A stretch of 64,000 nt of DNA from Amphiscolops sp. MND2022. Its lineage: Eukaryota. The notes beneath the pieces are model-generated. The model was not told where the DNA came from and made no database searches. It saw nothing but the letters and a program-made list of their open reading frames with translations. The stretch is from NCBI GenBank assembly GCA_964187785.1, contig OZ076409.1:40922001-40986000 (forward strand), given 5' to 3'. The position numbers and the translations under genes were made by a program. Of the stretch, positions 39,012-51,939 are shown piece by piece (the stretch's first letter is position 1; each line of letters begins with the position of its first letter).

Positions 39012-41433
39012 CTTTGTAATTAAACGGTTATTTCTCATCTCAGACCTCGCAAACATGCAGGAAACGCAAGAACTCAGCTAGAAGAAAACCTAAAAGGCTT
39101 GATTAAGGCAATAAAAATAATCTAGGACTCTCCAAAATGTTTTCCTAGATCTGGACCCTCCGGGGCCGGAAAGCAGAAGTTGCTCCTGCTTGTACGCAAA
39201 ATGAAAAATATCCCTCTGTGGTCGCCATAAAAACTATTCCAGATGTAACGACCGTCTAGCGACGCACAACTAGGAAAAGGGACAATGCCTAGGATGCTTA
39301 AACAGGAGACCGTTGTCTTACTACATACCTAGACTCTAGTTTTTGATCCCAAAATGGTCTCCAAGGGGGACTTTTCTATCGTCTAAGGAGGCTTCTCTAG
39401 TTAGAGCTCCGAAGCGACGCGCCGGCACTCTCAAAGTCCGGACACGCCCCACAAGCCTGTAAAAACGTATCCTAAGGTTTCTAGCACGTTCCTACGACTT
39501 CCTACATGCTTCCGAGGTCCAAAAAAGTGTCTAGCTGAGATACATTGTATTTGGTGAATAAGTTCTAAAATTGAGACCTAGTAGGTCCAACATCACCCAA
39601 ATACTCAATAAATGACAAAATACGGGGATAAGCCACAGTAACATTACAGTTTAGGGTTGGTCATCAGTTTGGCCTCTGGCATCTTTCCTCATATTCGGGG
39701 CACAATGGTCTCATTTGGCACTTTTCTGCCGAAACCCTGTCTTTTTGCTGTCAGATGGCACAATTCCTGAATCTCTCGCCTTCTGGGTGACGACATCTCG
39801 GACATTCTCGTTCCTGGGTGGGGTTGGGTCCTTTTTGCACTCTTTCGTCCTCTTTTTCAATTTCCAGTACCTGTCAGGTCGCCCATCTTGTGCATTTTTC
39901 GATATCGCACACTTTGACATCTTGAACGAAATTTTCAAAGTTCGTTCTGTTCGCCGACTGCCGGACGTTACATCTTTTCAACTGATTTTTGGCACTTGCT
40001 AGGTCAAGCATGTCACAATTCGAATTTTTCAAAATTTCTAACTGGTGGACGTTAGATAGAAAATGATTTTAATCACGCTGCAAACTACTTTAAGCTTTTT
40101 TTTGAGAAACTTCTAAGTGTGGAGTAGAAGTATGTTAGAGTCAAATTTTTTTTCAAGTTCAAATTTACTAAAATATTTTAGACAACGCTTTTCAGATTTG
40201 GACTGATAAACTTTCCCGCAGTAACAGGTGGTTTCCGGTTACTATGACATGTCTAAAATAAACACACTGCTTAAGTTTGACATTTTTTCTAAGCTCCTAC
40301 AGTATGGCCGTTCTCCTAAGAAGCCATTTCGCTGTCGTCGAAGGAAACAATATTGCGTGAAATGTATGTCTGTCTTGAAAAATAGTTGATTAGTGTGATT
40401 CAATGTTTCACTGAAGCGTTAGATTCCTGAAAAGTCAATCTAAGTAAAAATTTATTCCTTTGATATCTCTGCTGTGTGGAATTATATTCCTTCGAATACC
40501 CTTTGAAAGACCTTAGAAGGTTTGCATTGACCTTGAACGACCTTCGAAGAAATGTATAATTCATTCAAGGAATTATAAAGATCTTTTGAAGGAATACATT
40601 CTTGAAAACGTTGAAATACATTTGCATAGCCATTACTCAAGTAAATGCGCAAGGTTTCAAAATTCAAATTTTAGACGGCATGAATAAATGCACTTGGAAA
40701 ATCTGATCTCACTTGCATTTAAAAGCAAACTGTGTTGTTTCAGATCTCGGAGAAAATTCGTAAAGGGTGCACTTCATAGAAAAAGAAGTTGCCGTTATTT
40801 TGACTGTGAAATAAGAGTGAGTTTGTGATATCCGAATTCTAATAGAGAAACCTTTGAAACAGACTTCTCAAAAATTTGAACAAAGCTCCATAAGAAAACA
40901 TTTTAACGGTGTCTATCTAAAAGTTTCGGTATTTCTGAAACTTTTTGTTCCCCGTAATAAGAGTATCATTGAATATGGGGACATTCTAATACACGGTGTC
41001 CACTAAGTCTCGGGATTTCAAATTAAAAAGTCACTTTAAAATTTATGAATTTTACTTGTCTGCGAAGGCGATTTCATGAAATCGCTCATTTAAAGTTTCC
41101 TTCATACTATAGTCAATCAAGTTATATTTGTTCCACTATGAAGCAGTTTCATCGAGAGCACCGAAAATTTTTTAATCGAATTCTTTGTCTTTCAAGACGA
41201 ATGTATTTCGTATCGAAACTTGTTATTACTGACAAACATTAGTGAACACGTTATTATAGCCGATAAAATTTTAACTGGTTACTATTAAGCGCTCTGTGGA
41301 ATGTGGACTGATTATAATGTTTCCTTAAAAGTTCTTTTTTTTACTTTTTTCAATTTGGTTGAAATAGCCAATATAATGACAAGAAAAGTATCTGTATTTT
41401 TGACCTTTCATTCAGAAAGCAACCTTAAACCTA

Positions 41434-41925
41434 CACGGGTTGAAACCCCAGATCAGACATTCCGTGATCTGTCTGGGACACAGAGATAACTAAGATATCG
41501 CAGTCTGCAACAGACGTTCCCTTCTCGGCCCAGACAGTTTTTAGCCTGGGCACAGATATAGCCCCAGACAACGTTATCTAAAAATCGATCTGTGGCTTTT
41601 AAACATGTTCATTTGCACAGAATTGACACGGAATTTGATTCGTATTCCTTTGTATTTTGTATCCAAAATGGACATTCATTGTCCAAATAACATCTCGCAA
41701 CCCCGAACCATCTACAGAACGCATTATAAGGATCACTATTACATTCAGTACTGACATACATTCCCCAGTCAACGAAACAACTGTGCAGGGGACGAGATAC
41801 TCTACACGAGCTGCGGTAGAGTGGAGTCGACTGATTTTGGCTCGGAGGAGTTTGACAATAATTTTGTTCCAAGTGATCCCCCAGACATCTGGCCCTAACT
41901 AAGACCACCGTGGTGGCAACCCGGG
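41434..41925. mobile_element. Putative MITE with TA flanks
   Basis: ta|cacgggttgaaacc ... ggtggcaacccggg|ta, imperfect TIRs. Confidence 0.5.
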
Positions 41926-42029
41926 TAAATGAATAATAAAATTGGTTTAGAACAACGCTTTTATTATTTTTGGTCCATATTTCATGTGCGAAAGGAAAAT
42001 ATTTGAATCAAACTTTTTTGCAAAATTTG

Positions 42030-43850
42030 CCATGTTCCAAATTTTTATCCAAGTTAAAGGGTTTCACCCACAGAATTCAACCGACGCAAGTTAGGTATCA
42101 TGCGATATGTATTTGTTGAGATTTTCGGACTCCTTTGTTGAACCCAAAGATACCAGAAAATGACCTCAAAAATGACAAAAACTGCAAGTTTTTCCGAATG
42201 TAACTTTATAATTCAAACTTTTTGTCAAACTTTCAAGTAACTTCGTGGCTTAGAACGTTGGAAACGTTCAAAAGGGAAAGAAATCGTTGTCCAAGAGGCT
42301 TCTTTAAAGAAGTATATGCAATATGTTTGAAAAATGCCTCAAATTTAGATTTTAATTGATGAAAAATCCAAAAATTTCAATTTTTTCAACGTTTTCATGC
42401 CATTTTTGTCTAATTTTCGAACACCTTGGGGGCTTGAACTAATGTCAGGGAGGCTTTTGTGAAAATAAAAATGCTATTTTTTAACGAAAAAGCTCAATTT
42501 GCGATCGAAATTGACAAAAAGTTTAAAACTTTACTGATTTTTCACGTTTTTATGCAACTTTTGTCAACTTTCAAGTGATTTCGTAGATCAGAACGTTGAA
42601 AACGTTCAACAACGAATGAATTGATGGTTCAATAGAGTTTTTCAGTAAAATAAAAGCAGTTTTGTAAGAAGAAAATGCAACCATTTCCCCAAAATAGTAG
42701 AAAAATAAAACTACTTTTTTTACAATTTTTAATTTCTTTAAGCAATTTTTGTCAAATTTCCAACGTTTTCATGTATTACAACTCTGAAACCGTTCAACAA
42801 CAGCTGAAATTGTTTTCAAATAGGCTTCTGGAAGGCATAAATGCAGTTTGTTGATGAAAATATGCTTAAATTTGACACCAAAACAATCGAAGGGTCCATA
42901 AGTGTATAGTTTAAGTTGCTTTTCTGGTTATATGAGTACATTTTTTGAACGTTTTGAGGATTATAAGGTTCAAAACGTTCAAAGGCGAAACAATAAGTAT
43001 ATAGTATCTTTTTTCTGAAGAAAATTACAGTGTTTTACATCAGAAACTCTTCAAAAAACGAGAGTCAGAAAATTGAAACAAAATGGTAACTTTCAAGCGT
43101 TTTTGTGCAAAGTCTGTGACCTTTTCAGAATGTTTCCAGGGTTAAAATATAAGAATGGTTCAACAACGGTTCCAGTTGATATGCAGTTGGCTTTTGTGGG
43201 AGACAGTTGCTGATTTGTGTTCGGAAAACATTTCAATATGACCCGAAAAAGGTGAAAGTATCAAAATTTTCCATTTTTCAACAATTTTAATGGTTGTTCG
43301 TGAATTTTTCGTGTGTTAGACGGTTTAAAGCTCCAGACGATTTATCAAGCTTTTGACATAAAACTTTCTAGTTTTCTAGGTAGAACAATATCTCGGATGC
43401 CCAAAAGGAGTCGAAATTCGAAATTTTTTCTCGAGTTTTGTTGGATTTTTCGAAAATATAGGTATTTAGAAGAATGAAAACATTCATCAGCAAACAAACA
43501 ACACAATAAAGAGTGTCTTTTTTGAAAATCACTTGCAGTTTCATGTTGGAAAAGAGCCTCAAAATGACCCCAAATTGACCATATAACTGTCGTGTTTTGG
43601 CACTTTTTTTGACGATTGAGTAATGAAAAAGTCATTTAAAGACATTTAAGAAACTACTCATCTTCGTAAACGCGAAGTTTCAGAAATATCTACACTTTGT
43701 ATTTAGGCATGCAGAATGTTTTTGGAAAAGAAACTTACAAATTTGTATGTAAACTTTCGGTAGAAATAGTCGCAAAAGTGCGAAGTATTCTTCTTTTGAA
43801 AGTTTTTTAAACACTTTTTGTGAACCTTTCGAGCACTTTTGTATTTCAAC
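42030..43850. repeat. Degenerate AT-rich tandem array, ~180-bp unit
   Basis: Recurring ..aactttc..gt..ttcgt....agaacgtt.aaa.cgttcaa motif near 42230, 42410, 42570, 42755, 42945, 43120 and 43300. Confidence 0.6.
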
Positions 43851-45715
43851 AACGACTGAACCTGTCGCGACCCGCTCCCCCGGTCGCTGTTTCTCGTGTT
43901 GCACTGGCATACCAGGTTTCGGGAGAGGACATGGACATGTCTACAGCAAGTACTAAAACTTTAGTTTGATTACATTTACAGTACAGCTAAACAAATCGTA
44001 GGTAATTTTTGAGATGACAAAGTTTACGTAAGCGTCCGAACAATTTTGCCAAAACCCAGTGGGAGATGGTTTTAAACTAGCTAATACTTCCGGTTCAACA
44101 TTTTAGATTGTTCAAGATAAGATTTAGCTCCATAATCCTAACGGAATTCATACAATCGAAAATGAAAAGGACGTACAGAATAATACCGTGGATTGTTTTC
44201 TAGTATCAAAGTAGTTGTCAGAATTCACTTAAAGTACAGTCAAGCCTTTTAAGCGAATAAATCCAACGTTATGACAGCGTCACTCCACTGAGCTAGTAGC
44301 TGGTGTTTCTATTTTTACGAACTAGTAGTGTCATACCTTAGCCGAGTAATTTGAGCTCAGTCCAAAATGACTCGAGCTTAGTCTAATAAGAATGTCACCA
44401 TAGCAACACCGACTAGCTAAGAGAAAGAGAATGAACGCCTTAGCGCTCCGCTATCTCCCCGTCAGCTGCTGCTGCTCAGTTACATCTAACCTTAATACCT
44501 GCGGAGCGACTACGAAGTGAATTGTAAGATTGTAAAGCTATACCCAATCTTAATACGCACGGAGCGACTACGGAGCAAAATGTAAGATCATAATCACGAA
44601 AAAATAGTTCGATCTAATTTTGAACGAGATTTCTTGGGGAAACCATACTCTAAGTGATTTTCAGGACAAGAATTAACTGTACGAAAAGCTGTACTGTAAA
44701 GGAGTAAAGGAGAGTGTGAAATATGTATTTATGGTATGAATACTATCCTACAGCGTATTCCTAATGATAACTGCAAAAATTTTGTCTACCTTACGTTGCA
44801 AGAGATTTTCTTCAGAAACTCAATACTAAGCATTCCATCATGATTGTGATCTAGTGTTTGACGAAAATATAAAACACAACGTAAGTTTGCCGTTCCTGTA
44901 CACATTTGTAACGGTTTTCTAATTGATCTGTATGATTGCCATACAATTTTAGTGCTGTCCTAATCCTATTTAGTACGTATTGTGTTCGCACATTTTAGTC
45001 AGACTTTAATACATTTGTGCAAATCACTGTAATTAGTTGCTATCAAGTGTTTCGTTTGGAATATCATAATTCCATGTATTTAGTTCATTAATGTTCAGTT
45101 TACGTTTCTGCCTATGATAACCAAACCAGATTGTGCTCATATCTAAAGTAACAGCGAAATGTTGTCTCAGTATCAATTGTTCCTTTTCTTCATCAGTATT
45201 CAGATTTTTACATTTCCGAGATTCTTTGCTCCGTTCTAGTTGCCTTGCAATTTTTTTGCGTGTGATACTTTTGTCTTGAAAATTTGAGTTTCCAACTTAG
45301 ACGATGACTAATTGATCACGCCGGCATACCTTCGTCGATGAGAATATCAACAAGTCTTTTATTTTGCGGCAATTTCGAAGCTCAAACAGGAAATGGAATT
45401 GCCTGAACAAAAACGTTTTCAATTAATATTACGGAATAGCGACGAAACTACGAATTTCGATATCTGATTTGACGACGTGGGACTGAAATGATTTTACTCA
45501 TTAGGGACTTTTAGTGAACAAAAACGATTTTACGATAAAAGATACCTAGGAATTTTTGGGAACAAATGATGCTACGAAAGTATATAAAGTTGGAGATAAC
45601 ATGTAAAATTAGTTGATACATTTGCTGTCTTGTGAACTATTAATCTCCGTAACAAAACAAAAACGTGTTTGACAAATTTACTTCTTCCAAAGGCCAATTT
45701 CTATCTTTTCATTTG

Positions 45716-46379
45716 AACAAGTCGAGAACGGCCAAAGTCTGCGCTATATCTAAGGCTCAAAAAGTGCAAATTTTTCAAAATATGCTCATGACGTTTTTTT
45801 ATGAAAAACTCACGAAAAAGTTTCACCCAAAGGAAGCCTTCCGTGCTGGGAAAACGCTTCAGAAGTTCGGATATAGCGGCTGGGACAAATGCGAGCACTT
45901 GTTTTCGAACCTCCGCCTCCTCCTCAGTGAAACGGATTATACTTCGGAAATAACGTTCAAATTTCGGATAGTATCGAAAAAAAATATTGGTGGATATGTA
46001 TTGAGAAAACCTAATGTCAAATGAAAATTGACAATTTTGAACAGTTTCATAGTGCCGAAAAATCTGAAAGGGGGGAGCCTTTGGGATTTTCAAACATCTA
46101 TTATGTTCCAAATATCAAAAAAATTGAAAGGGGGACCCTTTTGTACAATCAAAAAATTTTCGAAAAAAAGTCTTGTTAAAAACACTAGCCAAAGTGGGCA
46201 TCCTTAGTTGTTTTCAAGGTTCTGTACGTCGGTTTCTTAATTTTGGATGGGGTTCCAAGGTTTGCAGTATGTTTGTTTTGTCAAACTGAACAAATGAACA
46301 AAAAAGTGGACCTTTCGTGTCAAAAACTACTCACTGTAAGAGTCGGGCACATTTTCTACTAAAATGCTCCGACTAAAAA
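45716..46379. mobile_element. Helentron-associated (HINE/DINE-1-like) element, copy 1
   Basis: aacaagtc start, subterminal agtc(t/g)gcgc repeat, terminal hairpin agtcgggcacattttctactaaaatgctccgact followed by an A-run. Confidence 0.7.
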
Positions 46380-46620
46380 TGACAACTAGAAGCCAAAAGA
46401 GAAAAGCTGTAGCTGAGATGGCCTTAGGAAAGTTTGAGTTTTCAGTAGTAGAAAGTAACCAACCCGAAAGTTTAGTCGCAGGTCCTAGCAAATCTCCTAG
46501 AATCCAAACCGAAAACTAAGACGAAATAAAAACGTCTTTGAAAAGAAAAATAATGTCTGATTTGACAAAAATCTTAACAGAAAACCAAAAGGAAATGCTA
46601 AATTTTGAAAACACTCTGTA

Positions 46621-47180
46621 AACAAATAAGGGAACGTCTAAAGTCGGCACTATATCTAAGGCTCAAAAAGCGCAGAGTTTTTTACTTATGCCTAGGGCGT
46701 ATTCATGAAAAGCTTTGAAAACAGTTTCGAGACACCCAAAGTGTGCCTTTCATGCTCGATATGACTGGGAAATAACTTTTTCCCCGACTGGGAACAAAAT
46801 TTTCTTTCGAAAAACGTCGCAAAGTGCCGAAAAATGCAAAGGGGCGACAATTGGAATTCATTAACATACAATTTGTTGCAAAATATCAAAAAGCTCGAAG
46901 GGGGGACTCTTTTGAGACATTAAAATTTCGAAAAAAACTTGCACAGTGCCGAAAAAAATTGAAAGGGGGACCTTTTGGTCTCGTCCGGTTTTGTAGGTTA
47001 CGTAAAAAAGGTTAAAAATGAAAGGGGGACCCTTTGCACTAAATTAGCATTTGCCGCATTTGGCCTGAGTAGTTTTAGTAGTTTCTGTAAAAAGTGGTAC
47101 ATACACGATGTGGTCTGACGAAAAAAAACTAGCCACTGTAATAGTCAGGCTCTTTTCACTAGAAAAGCGCCGACTAAAAA
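46621..47180. mobile_element. HINE-like element, copy 2
   Basis: aagtcggcactatatctaaggctcaaaaag at the start; agtcaggctcttttcactagaaaagcgccgactaaaaa at the end. Confidence 0.7.
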
Positions 47181-48311
47181 CATGATTTCAGGAAATAAGG
47201 TTGAAGTTCAAAGAATGTTCGATCCATGATTTCATTCATTTTTGCGAAAACTCAAACATGATTCACCAGATTTTTTCTATTTACTTCGACGGAGTTCGTT
47301 GTTGATTTGGCGGTTTTTTTTACAAAATAGGCAACCAATTCGATTCAAAAATTAGTGTCCGGTAACGAAATAACGTGTGTTCAAGTTCTGGGTTTTTGAA
47401 GACACTTATAATGTCATAAAAGACTGTCACTAGCAGGTTGGTTGACTGTGTCTAAAGTTCGGTCACCGGAGCGTCATCTTTTTGACAATTTCAGTTGAAT
47501 TGATTAACTCTTAAACAAACAAACACGCCAATCCCAGCTTACCACTTCATGTCAACTTGAGTAAGAAAATTTTTTGTTTGTAATTGATAAAAGCTGGTTA
47601 TCGGACACCTATGCATCGATTTAGAAAAGCAATTTCAAGTGAAAAGTACTTTCACATCTTTTTCTGTGAATGAATGCGATTTTAAAAGTTCGGAAATTTT
47701 CTAAATTTCAACTGGTAAGGTTTCCTACCGTTTTTCCCTATTACAAGGCATGCTGCAAACACCCCATCAATATAAATCGCTTGCTGGTACCCTGGATGGA
47801 AAACATGATGTCACCCATATGTTAATATGAGGCGTAACTACAATAGTGGAAGAAATTTTCGCACTCAGATTTTTGACTTAAGTTCCGGACGATAGATATA
47901 ATGTCCAAATACTCAAAAACTACTGGTCTTTCGGAAAAATTGTCTTCTTTAAAGTTTTAGCTATTTAAATTAAAGTACACTGCAGGAGTTTGTAAAAATC
48001 ATGTTCACATAGTTCTGAAACCTACTGTTTTATTTGCACTATATTAACTGTTTGTGCAAACATCAACTAATCTCGGATAAAAACTTAAAAATCTCATTTG
48101 TATCGTCTCATTCAGAGCAAATAACAATGTGTATACAAATTTTTTCATAAGGCTATCTTAATACATGTAGAAGTGAATACTTTTATCAAGAATGGTGATT
48201 TTCTCTTACAACGGTTAGGAAGCTGAGGAACTCTACGCTGTTAATTTTTGGTGAAAACTACTTGGACAGGGAATAAAAGTAAATATTGAAGCAAATTTCA
48301 ATTCGTGGTTT

Positions 48312-49030
48312 TGTAACGGCAAGCTCTCACCATTGCCGCTGCTCAGTCAAAAGAGATGGAGCAACCCATGGCATGGGTATTTGCCCGAGACAGGCGCCCA
48401 TGGCCATGAGTCCATTTTGCCTCCTTCGGGTAAAAACTGTCCCATCTGAGGAGGATTCCGCTTCGTGTGGAGTGCTCGCCGGCCTGATCCAGTCTGTAAT
48501 TGCTATCGGTATTGTGAATTATACTTTTTCCTCGAAACTACCGCTTAGATAGCCTTTAAAAATGTGTGACGGTGGTAAAAGTGAATTTCTTTGCCGCAAG
48601 ACATGATGAAAAGTAGCTCACGAGGTAATTCAACAAAACAATCGATCATTTACGACACAATTGACATTGCATGGCAACAATTAGTGGGGAGCACAAGCAC
48701 GTATGCTTGTTTAAGGTACTGACTCATTTTAGGTATTTACAACCATAAGTAGCAATTTGCTAAAGAAAGCGCCGGTCCAAACAAAGTCCGTAGTGGCGCG
48801 ATTAGCAGGTTTGCTAATTGAGTTTTTTTCTGGCGTGTTCTGTAATTTCGTCTCGGTTCGCTCTTCGTCTGTCTTCGTGGGGGGTTTTTGCGCTCTGATG
48901 CTCTAAGCCTCTTCCATCCGCCGGCTAGGACTTTGGTAAAGACACGGAAGCGATCAGCGGCAACTGATTGAAAACGGCGAAATAAAGTCCCTTGAATGAA
49001 TTTTTCAGGCGCCCATGGGTAATCGTTACA
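48312..49030 (+). mobile_element. Solo LTR (719 bp), third subfamily of the TGTAACG...CGTTACA clade
   Basis: First 16 nt (TGTAACGGCAAGCTCT) identical to the subfamily A LTR, ends ATCGTTACA, interior diverged. Flanks GTTT / GTTA. Confidence 0.75.
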
Positions 49031-49263
49031 GTTATTCATGTAAGTCTGCTACATCGCATTTTTTCTAAATTTTGATCGCGGCATTTTCAAAACAAACATT
49101 ATATTAAAATTCCAAGAATATTTGACTCTAACCTTTTCCCACATTCTATGTTGTTTACTCTTGTTACTGCCGTCCGGTGCATTTTTCTCAACCAAGAATG
49201 CGGATCAATATTCTGACTACTGTACTTCAGTAAGTTTGTGGCTTTTTGTGCATTTTTGGGCTG

Positions 49264-49439
49264 AAGGTTGACAGCGTAGCTGCGAGCAAAACCTCTAGAG
49301 AAACCTCGAGAAAAACCATAGAAAATTTCTAGGTTTTTGCAGGCTATAAAGAAAGATCTCTTTATAGCCTTCGAAAGCCTGGAAAACCTCTATTGTTTTT
49401 AAAATTTCCCTAATGCTGTTCAAAGAAGCTGTCAACCTT
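49264..49439. mobile_element. Putative MITE
   Basis: 12-bp perfect TIR aaggttgacagc/gctgtcaacctt around low-complexity repeats. Confidence 0.55.
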
Positions 49440-49751
49440 TCAAAAATCCGGTTAGTATCTTGAATATCTTGTATAGCGGCGTAACGTGACAGTTCCTACA
49501 ACAATCTTAGTATCCTACTACAAAGATGGAACAAAAGGTTTCTAAAAGCATCCTCCAAATTGCAAATGGCAACTGTTCATATAATCAAAGGAACTTTGAT
49601 GTTCTCTGGTCTTTGTGGTGTTTACTTTGTTTTATTCTGAAGCATTCATTCAACGTACTAACCGACTCCTGGTTGAGCGTGAAAGCTAATGGGCGTTTCA
49701 AATTCGAGACCTTAGTTTTTAGTTGAACTAACCTAGTTTTATGTTCGACTA

Positions 49752-49935
49752 CCCTAGCTGAGAAAAATGCAATCGTTGCAAGGATGTTTGTGCAAACTGC
49801 GAGGAATGTATTTTAAGGAAGGATCTTGTAAGATTCTTTCAAGGAATCCAAGAAAAATGCAGTAACTTGCAAGACCTTGCAACCTTTAGAGATTCTTACA
49901 AGAGCCTTGCAAGAAACATTTTTTCTCAACCAGCG
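49752..49935. mobile_element. Putative MITE with TA flanks
   Basis: ta|ccctagctgagaaaaa ... tttttctcaaccagcg|ta, with internal cttgcaag repeats. Confidence 0.55.
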
Positions 49936-50663
49936 TAGCTAATTTTTTGAAAGTCAAGTTGCTAATTTAAGTCTAGGTTCCTTGTAGTGGGAACATTCTC
50001 TTAGTTCATTTCTTCTTCTTCGAATCTCGTTTTTTTTTGCAAAAAATGGCCTCGCGATAAATTTCTAATTCGATTGACTTCTCTAATTTCCTTTTAACTG
50101 AAGCAGAGAACGTCCCTTTCAACTCTAAAACCGTAGCTGAATTAGGTTCTTGATTGCGTTATTTATCTTTGTTCATGAATTCTTTGTTTCAGTATTCCCT
50201 CTAAACACTTCATCTTTGACTCTTTTTTCTTGAGTGTCAGTATTACTGTTTTGAGAGCCAGATTTGCTCTCCTTATTTTGTGCGTGTTGATTTCCTTCCA
50301 GACTCTGTATTCTTCTTCTTCTTGTGATGTGATCTTGGAGTGGGAAATGTTTTATACGACTGTAACGTTTCTCAGTCGACGAGAAAAATCTTCTACGATG
50401 AGCCTTGATTGAATATTGGAAAGTGTACTACCCAGTGCTTTGTTTATGATCTGTGTTACTGATGCCAAGTTTAACAATTGAATTGTTTTTTTACACTTTT
50501 CATGAGCGTCTGATTGGTTTTGTTACTGCAATGAATGCGCACAGTGGGGTGACCGATTGAGCAATTGGTCGACTAGAAAGAATTTAAAATAGCAGAACCG
50601 ACAGATTAAAGGAAGATTATCGTTTTAAAAGAATACAAATTTGTTTTCACGAAGATCAAAAAC

Positions 50664-50733
50664 TTGAAAGTCATAATAATTTACTGTTCCAGTAATTTTG
50701 AAGGTCATAATAATTTACTGTTCCAGTAATTTT
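50664..50733. repeat. 34-bp tandem duplication
   Basis: ttgaa(a/g)gtcataataatttactgttccagtaatt x2. Confidence 0.9.
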
Positions 50734-51793
50734 ATATACAAATCAAACTTTGTATTATGGATGCACCTAATTATCGCTACATAACAAAACTGAGAAGAAC
50801 TTCACAGATATCCAATCATATTCGATCGTGTCGTCTAACTGCACCGTGACTTTAGCTGCTCGATAATAAACCCAAACAGTAGGTTGAAACTCTTGACTGG
50901 TTTCCACTTTTCTCTAATTACGCTCAATGACCAAAATCAGCAATTTCTGATTACACTGTGCATCAAAATTCACGATGAACACATTGCACTGCAGACAAAC
51001 ATGTTTGACTAGAATACGGTTCGTTCTCGTTTTACGGAAAATACCCTTTACACTTAATGATAAATTCCACTTTTGCGGCATATGTATCGTAATGACGGGC
51101 GACCGTTCAACTAGCCGACAGTTCAATTGGACAGTTTGCCGAGCTGATTGAATATGATTAGATATCAGAGAAGTTTTCATAAATATTGTTTTGAAATTAA
51201 CTCACATCTATTCAAAAGTCGAATGTGCGTCAAAAATTGTTTATGATACGTTTAATATTTTTCAATTAAAAGGATACAAAAATATGAAAATTTCTGAATG
51301 AAAATCAGCTTCTTTTAAAAGAGGCTGATTTTTATTCATATCATTTCATATTTTCATAGAAATCAGTAATTACTGATCTCTATGAAAAACTAATTTCATT
51401 CATTTTTCAAATTAAAAATTTCATTTTTTTGAACTGCTGAAGAATGGTGTCAAGGCTACAAAATTGAATGTCAGTAATTTTCTGACCAGTAGATTTCGAG
51501 ATATTATGTAATAAAGTTCAAAAATTTGCAAACTCTCCAGAATACTGTTTCTGATAACTTTTTGATTTTTAATTCTCTTTCAAAATAAGAACACGAAATT
51601 CTGCGTTTTTAAGTTTTCGCCTGTGGTGATATTAGCTGTCTTTAGCGTTTTGGTGCCACAGTGTATCATGGTCAAGTTGAGCAAGCCATAACTGTTTGCC
51701 TTCATTGATCCCTCAAGCTTTCTCTAGAACATTTTGTGCGTTGTTTCTTTAACTTTTGAGACGTCAGATTCTGTTATTCTTTCCTTTTTTCTA

Positions 51794-51939
51794 CGTTTTG
51801 CGGTGTTTTGTGGCCGTCACATAATTATTTTATACGTCGAGAAGTCTTTTAGTTGAGACGTCTCATATGAGACGTCTCAACTAAAAGACTTCTCGACGTA
51901 TAAAATAATTATGTGACGGCCACAAAACACCGCAAAACG
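51794..51939. repeat. Perfect 146-bp palindrome with no spacer
   Basis: Two 73-bp arms centred on T51866|A51867. Confidence 0.95.

Larger units (their letters stand above)
34532..39972 (-). mobile_element. Non-autonomous (LARD-like) LTR element, 5.4 kb, no recognisable gag or pol
   Basis: Near-identical LTRs 34532-35259 (728 bp) and 39244-39972 (729 bp), TCT on both flanks, PBS TGGCGACCACAGAGGGA at 39211-39227 (-), PPT at ~35260-35270 (-). Confidence 0.92.
33964..40056 (-). mobile_element. Older subfamily-B-like solo LTR split by the 34532-39972 insertion
   Basis: 33964-34531 aligns with B LTR blocks (aatgcctagg, tcttactac, gggggactt, agctccg, aagtccgga). The remainder, 39973-40056, ends in GACGTTAGA, a degenerate GACGTTACA. 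Confidence 0.7.

Noticed and set aside
43863..44600. Possible solo LTR (TGTC...TGACA with AATAAA, 43863-44276) and neighbouring short direct repeats
   Set aside because: No TSD, second copy, PBS or PPT found.
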